A DNA stretch of 35,594 bases from a virus. Taxonomy: Duplodnaviria; Caudoviricetes. The stretch covers positions 1-35,594 of the IMG/VR virus record IMGVR_UViG_3300035145_003477. One strand, 5' to 3'. This document shows, piece by piece, positions 19,741 to 27,549 of the stretch; positions within the stretch are counted from its first letter, which is position 1, and every line of letters starts with the position of its first letter. Under the pieces are notes generated by a model. That model had not been told where the DNA came from. It ran no database searches and saw nothing but the letters and a program-made list of their open reading frames with translations. The position numbers and the translations under genes were made by a program.

Positions 19741-20463
19741 ATGTCAACATTAAGAGATTTTTTATTCGGTTACGATGACCCAAAAGCAATTCCAAGAGAA
19801 CTTGCTGTATATAACACGAATACTACAACTCCTAACAATGGAGGTAGGTGTTGTTTATGGACAGTACCTGCCGGTACTGCATATGCAGTGTTTGAAATTT
19901 GGGGCGGTGGCGCCGCTGGAGACGGTGGTTGCTGTTGTCAAATGGGATATCCATCAACTGGTGGATCCTACGGTCAAAAAGCATTAGACGTAGAACCTGG
20001 ACAACAAATTACAATTTGTGCGGCTGGTTCAACGTGTTGTAGACAAAAAGGAAACTGTCAACAAGGTTGTGACTCTTACGTATGTAGATCAGGTTCATGG
20101 TGTGCAAGAGCCTGCGGTGGTAGAGTTATGCGTACAGAATGTTTTATGTATAGAACTTGTTATTCATGTTGTAGAATGAGATACTGTGTTCATGGACACA
20201 GCGGTATGGATTTTGGTATTGGTAGTACAAATTCTACATCACAATTAAGTCAATACTGTCACGATAGAGGTAATATGATGATTGGTGATTCATATGGACG
20301 TGGCGGATTAAGAAACGGACCTAACGGCTGTTGCGGTTGGGGTGGTTCACAAGGCTTTGGTTTATTCCCAGGTGGTGGCGGAATGTCAGCACAGGCATAC
20401 GGTGAAGTTTGTTGTTGTGGATCTCCAGGTGCAGGTGGTTTAGTGTACGTGGTGTATTATTAA
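19741..20463 (+). CDS. Cys/Gly-rich protein 3, putative fibre-tip adhesin
   Basis: 24 Cys in 240 aa; NNGGRCCLWTVPAG...FEIWGGG...CCC...TCC...FPGGGG...CCCG...VYVVYY. Confidence 0.7.
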   Translation: MSTLRDFLFGYDDPKAIPRELAVYNTNTTTPNNGGRCCLWTVPAGTAYAVFEIWGGGAAGDGGCCCQMGYPSTGGSYGQKALDVEPGQQITICAAGSTCCRQKGNCQQGCDSYVCRSGSWCARACGGRVMRTECFMYRTCYSCCRMRYCVHGHSGMDFGIGSTNSTSQLSQYCHDRGNMMIGDSYGRGGLRNGPNGCCGWGGSQGFGLFPGGGGMSAQAYGEVCCCGSPGAGGLVYVVYY

Positions 20464-20479
20464 TAGGTAGGGATATAGA

Positions 20480-21442
20480 ATGACAAATATTAGAAAAACT
20501 TTTAACTATCCTAAACCAGATGAATATTTAGGACAGTTAGATAACGAGCAATTAGTTGGAACTCATACATATGAAGGTCCAGATACTATGTGGGTCTTTA
20601 TTGATAGAGCAACTAATAAAATTGCTCCTGCAGGATACATGGAAGAAGAGGACGGAATGGACTTTACTCCACCTGTGAATCTTAGAAAAGTTTTAGTTGA
20701 CTGTAATGAATACCCTATTATTTGTTCATTAATGGAACAAGATCATGATGATGAAGAGCATGAAACAATTACTGAAACACTACCAAATGGTGTTGAATAT
20801 GTAACTTATGCTGACCCACCACCAGATCATACATATGAAAAATTTGACATTGAATGTAATAGTAACGATGAATTTATCAAAGTACCAAGTTCAATTAGAG
20901 GTGGCACAGCACACTATCCGTGGAAACAACCACACGTGAAATGGCCGCACTTACGTAGACACAGAACTTCATTATTAGGTTGGTCAGACGATAAAGTAAA
21001 TTCAGATATGCCTGCAAGTTTACAAACTGCTTGGGCAAATTACAGACAAGCATTAAGAGATATTCCAGTAACTTATGGAGATAGTTTTGATGTTGAAATT
21101 ACTGCTGGCGGAACAGGTTATCAAGAAGGTGACACATTTACATTTACTAAAGCAACTTTAGAAGATTGGATTGTTGCTGATGAACTTGTAGCAACTGTAA
21201 AAACTATTAATACTGGTACAGGTGCTGTAACGGCTCTTACATTAAGCGGTAATCAAGCCAAGAATGATGGACAAGATATCGTAGTAGGTAGAGAAGCACA
21301 GGAGTTTGCAACACCAACTTACACATATGCGGCGGCTGATTCATCAGGCGGCGGTACAGGTGCAACATTTAGAATTCACAAATGCCAAAGGTATGCGGCT
21401 TGGAAAGTAGATCTTCCACGTTCACCTTGCGGTACTGCATAA
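20480..21442 (+). CDS. Tail fibre assembly chaperone-like protein 2 with an inserted fibre-type beta domain
   Basis: WPHLRRHRTSLLGWSD...WANYRQALRDIP; N-terminal TFxYxxPDxYL, YxGPDxxWVFIDR and DHTYE shared with ORF 18279. Confidence 0.75.
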   Translation: MTNIRKTFNYPKPDEYLGQLDNEQLVGTHTYEGPDTMWVFIDRATNKIAPAGYMEEEDGMDFTPPVNLRKVLVDCNEYPIICSLMEQDHDDEEHETITETLPNGVEYVTYADPPPDHTYEKFDIECNSNDEFIKVPSSIRGGTAHYPWKQPHVKWPHLRRHRTSLLGWSDDKVNSDMPASLQTAWANYRQALRDIPVTYGDSFDVEITAGGTGYQEGDTFTFTKATLEDWIVADELVATVKTINTGTGAVTALTLSGNQAKNDGQDIVVGREAQEFATPTYTYAAADSSGGGTGATFRIHKCQRYAAWKVDLPRSPCGTA

Positions 21443-21476
21443 TTCCAAAAATAGTCTAACACTTACATTACTAACT

Positions 21477-21482
21477 TAAATA
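21477..21482 (+). promoter_or_regulatory. Putative late promoter core TAAATA, 5 nt before ATG 21488
   Basis: CTTAAATAATTGCATG; no Shine-Dalgarno-like sequence in the 45-nt gap. Confidence 0.55.
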
Positions 21483-21487
21483 ATTGC

Positions 21488-22315
21488 ATGAGCAATAAAG
21501 TTAGGTTTGCGGGTGCTCAAATACCCGTTACTCAAAAATTAGACGAAAATAAGAAAGCAATTTTAGAAGCCATAGACTGGGCAGGCAAAAATAACTGCAA
21601 TTGGCTACTAACTCCTGAAGGTTCTCTGTCAGGATATTTCCCCAATTTTGATTTAGTTACTCCTAACGGTATGAATGATATTGCTAAAGCAACTTATGAA
21701 ATAGTTACAGAAGCAAATAAACAAGGCATGGGCATTGCATTAGGCACACTTTGGACAGATATAGAACATAGAGGCACAATAAGAAGAAATCAAATTAGAT
21801 ACTATGATAGTGAAGGAAAATTTTTAGGAGCAACTAATAAGCAATACATAGTTGGTGGCGAAGATTCTCCAAGTCATAGTTGGGATCAAGTTTTAGCAGA
21901 TCCGCCAGGAACAACCAAAACACACTACTTGAATAATGTAAGAACAACAGGAATGATTTGTAACGATTTTTGGGGGAATGGATTTAGATTCAATGCTCCA
22001 AGTTTAATGATGTTAGCAAAATTACATCAATGCGAAGTTGTATTACATAGCACTAATGGTGATAGAGGAAATGATCAAGACGAACTATGGATGGAATGGC
22101 ATGACGTACATCTTAGAATGATGAGTAAACAGTATCAAATTCCTATTATTACTGTTGATAGTTGTTGTGATAAATTTGGAGAAAATAGAGACTTACCAAC
22201 AAGTTCTAAAAGTGGCGTATTAATAGATGGTCAATATGTTGTTTCAGTCCCACGCACAGGACAACAACATTTCTATTGGGACTATTTCAAACCTGAGCCT
22301 GCAGAAAATGTATAA
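21488..22315 (+). CDS. Carbon-nitrogen hydrolase (nitrilase superfamily)
   Basis: AGAQ start and catalytic triad motifs LLTPEGSLSGY (Glu), NKQY (Lys) and GMICNDFW (Cys). Confidence 0.85.
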   Translation: MSNKVRFAGAQIPVTQKLDENKKAILEAIDWAGKNNCNWLLTPEGSLSGYFPNFDLVTPNGMNDIAKATYEIVTEANKQGMGIALGTLWTDIEHRGTIRRNQIRYYDSEGKFLGATNKQYIVGGEDSPSHSWDQVLADPPGTTKTHYLNNVRTTGMICNDFWGNGFRFNAPSLMMLAKLHQCEVVLHSTNGDRGNDQDELWMEWHDVHLRMMSKQYQIPIITVDSCCDKFGENRDLPTSSKSGVLIDGQYVVSVPRTGQQHFYWDYFKPEPAENV

Positions 22316-22318
22316 CAA

Positions 22319-22324
22319 TAAGTA
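22319..22324 (+). promoter_or_regulatory. Possible variant late promoter (TAAGTA)
   Basis: TAAGTAATTGCA (22319-22330) differs by one base from TAAATAATTGCA (21477-21488) upstream of the preceding gene. Confidence 0.45.
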
Positions 22325-22348
22325 ATTGCAAATGAGGAACACAAACTA

Positions 22349-23309
22349 ATGTCTAAAAGAAGCACAGCCTTTTTTATTAACGGTGGCGCAGGAAGGGTTA
22401 TTACAAGTATCCCTGCTCTTGAAAAATTTCATGAAGAAAATCCAGACGATGATTTTGTAATCGTATGTGAAGGTGGTACAGACTTTTTCAAAGGTCATCC
22501 AACATTATATAGAAAGACATATGATGTATGGCACAAAAATTTATTTGAAGATAAACTAAAAGATAGAATTTGTAAAACACCAGAACCTTACAGAGTATTT
22601 GAATATTATAATCAACAGGCAAGTTTAGCACAATGTTATGATATTGAAATAAACGGTAAAGGTGTAAGAGAACTTCCAAAGCCAACTCTTAAGTTAAGCA
22701 CTCAAGAACGTATGAGTGGTAAAAAACTAATTGAAGAAGTAAAAGAAAAAACTAAAAAAGATAAAGTTATTGTGTTCCAAGCATTTGGCAGAGGTACAAT
22801 AAATGACAACGGTATGATTGCTGATCCTTCAGGCAGAAAACGTTGTCAATCTTGTTAATAAATTAAGTAAAGATTACGGTATTGTTTTCTTTAGTGAAAT
22901 TGCTATTGAATTTCAAAAGCATGGAGTAAAACAACCTGTTGCTATTCCGCAAAACATTGACTTAAGAATGTGGGCAGGTATTATTGATGCCGCAGATCAT
23001 TTTTTAGGTTGTGATAGTGTAGGACAACATATTGCATATGCATTAGATAAAACAGCAACGGTAGTCATTGGTTCTACATTCAAAGAAAATATTTCTTATC
23101 CTGATAATCCTAAGTTTGATATTCTTGATATGGGAGAAGGTGCAAGAGTTTATTCCCCTATTAGAATTACTATTGACGAACTTTCAGATAGAACTAACGA
23201 AGGCATAATGTATATGAATGATAAAATTGAAGATGTAATTGTGTCATCTGTAAACAGTATGGTAAAAGATGGAAAACCAGTCGAAATCCCAGACGCTAAA
23301 GAAGAATAG
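22349..23309 (+). pseudogene. GT-B fold, GT9 (heptosyltransferase)-like glycosyltransferase split by a frameshift near 22835
   Basis: N-half (GGAGRVITSIPAL...LPKPTLKLS...VIVFQAFG) and C-half (DLRMWAGIIDAADHFLGCDSVGQHIAYAL...VVIGST) are the two Rossmann halves of one GT9-like protein in different frames. The second ORF has no convincing start of its own. Confidence 0.7.
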
Positions 23310-24195
23310 ACTGTTTGTATTTGGTTGTTCTTTTACAATGTATGCGTGGCCAACGTATGCAGATTTCTTAGGATATGAATTTGATCATTATGAAAACTGG
23401 GGATTTCCAGGATTAGGTAATCGTGCTATTGCAGAACGTGTTGCTGAATGTCATATAAAAAATAATATTACAAAAGATGATACAGTGCTTGTACAGTGGA
23501 GTACACATACTCGTAATGACTGGCACACTTTTAGAACAGTAGAGTTTAAAGGCAAACGTGGAGATGCAATTAGAAATACAGACGAAATAGGTTGGAAAAC
23601 TAAAGGTAGTATTTTTAATTACATGAATAGAGAAATTTGTTATGACGACAAGTGGATCGAAACATTCTGGGACGAGCATAGTTATTTCATGCATGGACAA
23701 AATGCAATAATTCTTACAACAGGATTATTAGAAAGTATAGGCTGTACCTATCGTATGTTAAGCATAGGTGAAATGGAAAAACTTGGTAGTGATATGCCAG
23801 ACGCACCAGGATTTGGTGAAAGTAATCATGAAAAAATTAATGTATATGAAGAAAAGAAAGAATTAGAAGTTTACAAAAATATTGATAAAACAAACTGGCT
23901 TCAACCATTAGGATTATACAGTTGGAAAAATAAAGAACTACAATATACTTTTTATGATCCTAATAGTAAAAAAGATTGGACAGAATTGCACCCAAGTCAT
24001 TGGCAACATTACAAGTATCTTAATGAAGTAGTGCGTCCAAGTCTGGGCATAACAGACAAAAATAATGATAAACAAGTTAATACATATAAAGTTTTAGATC
24101 AACTTAAAAATGACAATAAAGACCTTTTAAGTTTTGAAGAAGCAATATTAGATAAAATTATTGACTATAAACATATAGGATATGTAGGATTTTAA
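23269..24195 (+). CDS. SGNH/GDSL-like hypothetical protein
   Basis: LFVFGCSFT (block I-like), NWGFPGLGN (block II-like), VLVQWS...RND, and C-terminal ELHPSHWQH; overlaps the upstream gene by 41 nt. Confidence 0.55.
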   Translation: MENQSKSQTLKKNRLFVFGCSFTMYAWPTYADFLGYEFDHYENWGFPGLGNRAIAERVAECHIKNNITKDDTVLVQWSTHTRNDWHTFRTVEFKGKRGDAIRNTDEIGWKTKGSIFNYMNREICYDDKWIETFWDEHSYFMHGQNAIILTTGLLESIGCTYRMLSIGEMEKLGSDMPDAPGFGESNHEKINVYEEKKELEVYKNIDKTNWLQPLGLYSWKNKELQYTFYDPNSKKDWTELHPSHWQHYKYLNEVVRPSLGITDKNNDKQVNTYKVLDQLKNDNKDLLSFEEAILDKIIDYKHIGYVGF

Positions 24196-24196
24196 T

Positions 24197-26014
24197 ATGA
24201 AGAAACCACCAATTTGGATTGCCGGAATAGCACGTGGACACAACGCAGGTGTATGTTTACTTAAAGACGGCGAAGTAATTTTTAGTATTGAAGAAGAACG
24301 TTTAAGTCGTCACAAATATGACGGTGGACCTCTTGCATCAATGATGAAAATTTTAGAATACACAGACAAACTTGATTATCTTGTAGTTGCACATACACAA
24401 AACTTATATGATACAGCAGGAAAAATTGATTACACAGGCGATGATGTTTACACAGGACTTGCAAGAAAATTAGGATTAATTAAAAGAAGTTATGATTACA
24501 TTCCAAGGCATCCGCAAGTAATAGATTTAAGTTATTTTCATCACAAGTTACACGCCGCATTAGCCTTTTATAATTCAGGATTTGAAGATGCTGTTGCAGT
24601 AATTGTTGACGGTGCAGGAACTTTCTTTGATGCTAAGATGGACGGAGAACACGGTCCAACTACTACACTATTTGAAACAGAAACAATTTATGATTGTGAA
24701 ATGCCAATAGGATTTAAAACACTGTACAAACACTTAGGTGTAAATGGCCCTATGGTAGGTGCAGAATATAATGGGTTTGACGGAAAGTTTTTTGGAGAAG
24801 AAGAGCCTATTCCTGAAGTTGTTATTAGTGAGTGTGCAGGTATTGTTAAAACTTACGAAGCAGTTACAGGCTATTGCGGATTTAGTTTTATTGAAGCAGG
24901 AAAAACTATGGGATTGTTTCCATATGGCACACATAATCCAACAGAGTTTCCTCCGTTGTTTACAGAAAATCAAACGTCACCTCTATCTAATAGAAATTTA
25001 ATTACACCAACATATCCAAATGGTGCTCATGTTAATAGAAACTTCTTTGAATTTTTAAGAGATAGACGTGAGCAAGATCAAGATGTTACAAAACTGCAAA
25101 ATAGAAGAGATATGGCCTATGCTGTACAAACGCAAACACAAAAACAAGTTGCTAATTTAATTCGCAAAGCAGTTAAAATGAGCGGTAAGAAAAATGTTGT
25201 GTTATCAGGAGGTTATGGTTTAAACTGTGTAGCAAACTATTATTACCTTGAAGAATTAAAAGATTTAGATATTAATCTTTATGTTGAGCCTGTATCAAAT
25301 GATGCCGGTACAGCAATGGGGGCCGCTTTATTACAATACAGAGCCATTACTAAAGATAAAACAATTCATACACAAAAAGATACTCTATACAATGGACCAG
25401 CATACTGTCATTCATTAAATGAAATCACAGAGACTGCTGAAGCACATAAAGGAACAGTAGAGTTTGATATAACAGAAGATAAAATTGTAGATCTAATTAC
25501 AGATAGAAACATAGTTGCTATATGGCAGGGCAAAAGTGAAAACGGTCCAAGAGCCTTAGGTAATAGAAGTTTCTTATATGACCCAACTGATCCTGACGGT
25601 AAAGATCACGTAAACAGAGTAAAACGTAGAGAATATTTTAGACCATTTGCAGGTACAATTCTTGAGGAAGATGTACATGAATGGTTTGATTTACGTGGCA
25701 TGGATTCATCACCAACAATGATGTATGCAGTAAATTGCCAACCCGGAATTGAGGAGAAGATTCCTTGTATTATTCACGTTGACGGAACTTGTAGAATTCA
25801 GACTGTAAACAAAGAACAGAACGAAAACTACTATAATTTAATTAAAAAGTTCAAAGAAAAAACAGGTGTGCCTATTGTGTTTAATACAAGTTTTAACTTA
25901 GGCGGTGACCCTTTAGTTGAAACATTAGATAATGCTGTACATACCCTTGCAAAAAGTGACGTAGAATACCTATATTTGCCTGAATACAACGCCTTAATTA
26001 CAGTAAAAAACTAA
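24197..26014 (+). CDS. O-carbamoyltransferase, NodU/CmcH/TobZ family
   Basis: EEERLSRHK, HHKLHA, VDGAG, GKTMGL, SGGYGLNCVAN, DAGTAMGAA, GPRALGNRS, KRREYFRPFA, HVDGTCRIQTV, NTSFN. Confidence 0.93.
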   Translation: MKKPPIWIAGIARGHNAGVCLLKDGEVIFSIEEERLSRHKYDGGPLASMMKILEYTDKLDYLVVAHTQNLYDTAGKIDYTGDDVYTGLARKLGLIKRSYDYIPRHPQVIDLSYFHHKLHAALAFYNSGFEDAVAVIVDGAGTFFDAKMDGEHGPTTTLFETETIYDCEMPIGFKTLYKHLGVNGPMVGAEYNGFDGKFFGEEEPIPEVVISECAGIVKTYEAVTGYCGFSFIEAGKTMGLFPYGTHNPTEFPPLFTENQTSPLSNRNLITPTYPNGAHVNRNFFEFLRDRREQDQDVTKLQNRRDMAYAVQTQTQKQVANLIRKAVKMSGKKNVVLSGGYGLNCVANYYYLEELKDLDINLYVEPVSNDAGTAMGAALLQYRAITKDKTIHTQKDTLYNGPAYCHSLNEITETAEAHKGTVEFDITEDKIVDLITDRNIVAIWQGKSENGPRALGNRSFLYDPTDPDGKDHVNRVKRREYFRPFAGTILEEDVHEWFDLRGMDSSPTMMYAVNCQPGIEEKIPCIIHVDGTCRIQTVNKEQNENYYNLIKKFKEKTGVPIVFNTSFNLGGDPLVETLDNAVHTLAKSDVEYLYLPEYNALITVKN

Positions 26015-26028
26015 ATCCTCAAATACGA

Positions 26029-26034
26029 TAAATA
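26029..26034 (+). promoter_or_regulatory. Putative late promoter core (GATAAATAC)
   Basis: Intergenic, upstream of GAGGA and ATG 26052; same 9-mer as 11675-11683. Confidence 0.7.
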
Positions 26035-26051
26035 CATTAAAGAGGACTATA

Positions 26052-26471
26052 ATGTTTGATATCACGAAGTTTTTTGGCAAAGGATTAAAGAATACTGTAA
26101 TGCTCAAAAATGGAGCAAATCTCAGTTATCACGGCCCGTGGAAAAAAATTACAGAAGATACACTGCTTGACAGATGGCTTGTTGGTGATTTTTGTGCGGC
26201 AGAATATACTATTGTTGCAGATTTAAGTACTTTTCAAAAAGAAATTGTAAAATGTTTAGTAGTAGCAGGACCAAGTACTGCTGAACTTACAGTATATGGC
26301 CGTAGTAATTTAGGTAATGAAATTATTTCACTGTCAGCAACAGTAAATGACAGTTATGTAAATGTTATTGTTAATGCTAAACCATTAGACGACTCAGCAC
26401 CAGGTAGAGGTGCAAAATGTGTGTTTAGTGCAAACTATTATCAAACACAAAACTTCTTGGTACCAGCATAA
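26052..26471 (+). CDS. Hypothetical protein, probably a small beta-rich virion protein
   Basis: 139 aa, GAGGA upstream, late promoter core, flanked downstream by structural genes. Confidence 0.6.
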   Translation: MFDITKFFGKGLKNTVMLKNGANLSYHGPWKKITEDTLLDRWLVGDFCAAEYTIVADLSTFQKEIVKCLVVAGPSTAELTVYGRSNLGNEIISLSATVNDSYVNVIVNAKPLDDSAPGRGAKCVFSANYYQTQNFLVPA

Positions 26472-26480
26472 TGGGGCAGA

Positions 26481-26486
26481 TAAATA
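26481..26486 (+). promoter_or_regulatory. Putative late promoter core (GATAAATAT)
   Basis: Intergenic, upstream of GGAG (26496-26499) and ATG 26506. Confidence 0.65.
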
Positions 26487-26505
26487 TGCGTAATTGGAGT
26501 GTAAG

Positions 26506-27543
26506 ATGGCAGTAACATATAACCCTTTTGAAGCAGAATACGGTTTTAAAAGTCCAGGTTTCTCTGTCGATACCGAAGGCAATGTAACTTTAAAAAGTAT
26601 CACCTATACAGTAACAGAGGAAGATACTATTGAAGGTAGATTCTATATGAATCAAGTAGGCACAGGACAAAGTGCTGTGTTTACACAAGATGGAGTTTTC
26701 GATGAAGGTTCAACAGTATTAACAGAAAATCCTCCAATAACACTAACACGTGGTACAACACATACATTTAATTTAAATAATTTTACATTTTTAACTTTTA
26801 ATATTTTCCAAGTAGATCCAAATGGTAATAGTGCTATTATTATTAATGGGACTCCTGTTGTATATTACAATGAAGGCTTATCACACAAAGCAAGTGATAC
26901 AGCAACAGATTCGGTCACAGGATTGTCTGCACAAAGTAAAAATTCAGGTGTACTGACATTTGATGTTCCTGCGTTAGCACCAACAACATTATATTATGCT
27001 ACTGGTGATGGCAGTGTATATGGAACAATTACAACACAAGATCCAACTGTTACAGGTATTGGATCGTTTACAAGTTTAACAGCAATTGAAGACGTAACAT
27101 TTAATGGACAAGATGCAGAAATAAACATTGTACCGCAAGGTGCATATGGTACTGTAACAATTAATCCAGCAGGACAAGGTACATTAAGCAATATGTATGT
27201 AAATGCATTGACACTTACTGCTACGTCAACTACAACAATTAATCCAGCAGACTTTAATGTATCTGTACAACCGTCAGGAACAGGTGTTTTGACACTTTCT
27301 TCTGGTGCTGAAGGCACAATTAACAATATGTCTATAGGACAAACTACTGCAAGGGACGGATCATTCTTGGCCCTAAATGCAGAAAATGGGTTAAATAATA
27401 CTGTCATAGGTAACGAAACTCCAGAGGAGGCTACATTTACCCAGGCAACAGGAACCGCGGCACCAACAGTAGGTACACACTTGGCTAATAAGAGTTATGT
27501 AGACAGTACTGCAACTGCGTTGAGTATTGCGTTAGGAGTATAG
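26506..27543 (+). CDS. Fibre-like virion protein with a degenerate cupredoxin-like domain
   Basis: Start moved from TTG 26494 to ATG 26506 (GGAG 6 nt upstream). ITLTRGTTHTF...FDVPALAPTTLYY, ANKSYVD fibre motif, C-terminal ALSIALGV. Confidence 0.7.
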   Translation: MAVTYNPFEAEYGFKSPGFSVDTEGNVTLKSITYTVTEEDTIEGRFYMNQVGTGQSAVFTQDGVFDEGSTVLTENPPITLTRGTTHTFNLNNFTFLTFNIFQVDPNGNSAIIINGTPVVYYNEGLSHKASDTATDSVTGLSAQSKNSGVLTFDVPALAPTTLYYATGDGSVYGTITTQDPTVTGIGSFTSLTAIEDVTFNGQDAEINIVPQGAYGTVTINPAGQGTLSNMYVNALTLTATSTTTINPADFNVSVQPSGTGVLTLSSGAEGTINNMSIGQTTARDGSFLALNAENGLNNTVIGNETPEEATFTQATGTAAPTVGTHLANKSYVDSTATALSIALGV

Positions 27544-27549
27544 AGTTAG

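Noticed and set aside
16843-20463. Locally higher GC as evidence of recent horizontal acquisition
   Set aside because: Explained by Gly/Cys/Ala-rich proteins; the same Ala-Ala codon pattern and promoter motif occur here.
17529-20463. Cys-rich ORFs as RiPP precursors, metallothioneins or selenoproteins
   Set aside because: They are ~240 aa with a fibre-type Gly-rich scaffold, have no in-frame TGA, and no radical SAM, YcaO or lanthipeptide enzymes are nearby.
22818-23309. Independent 163-aa gene starting at TTG 22818
   Set aside because: No ribosome-binding site, and it encodes only the C-terminal half of a GT-B fold; treated as part of the frameshifted gene.
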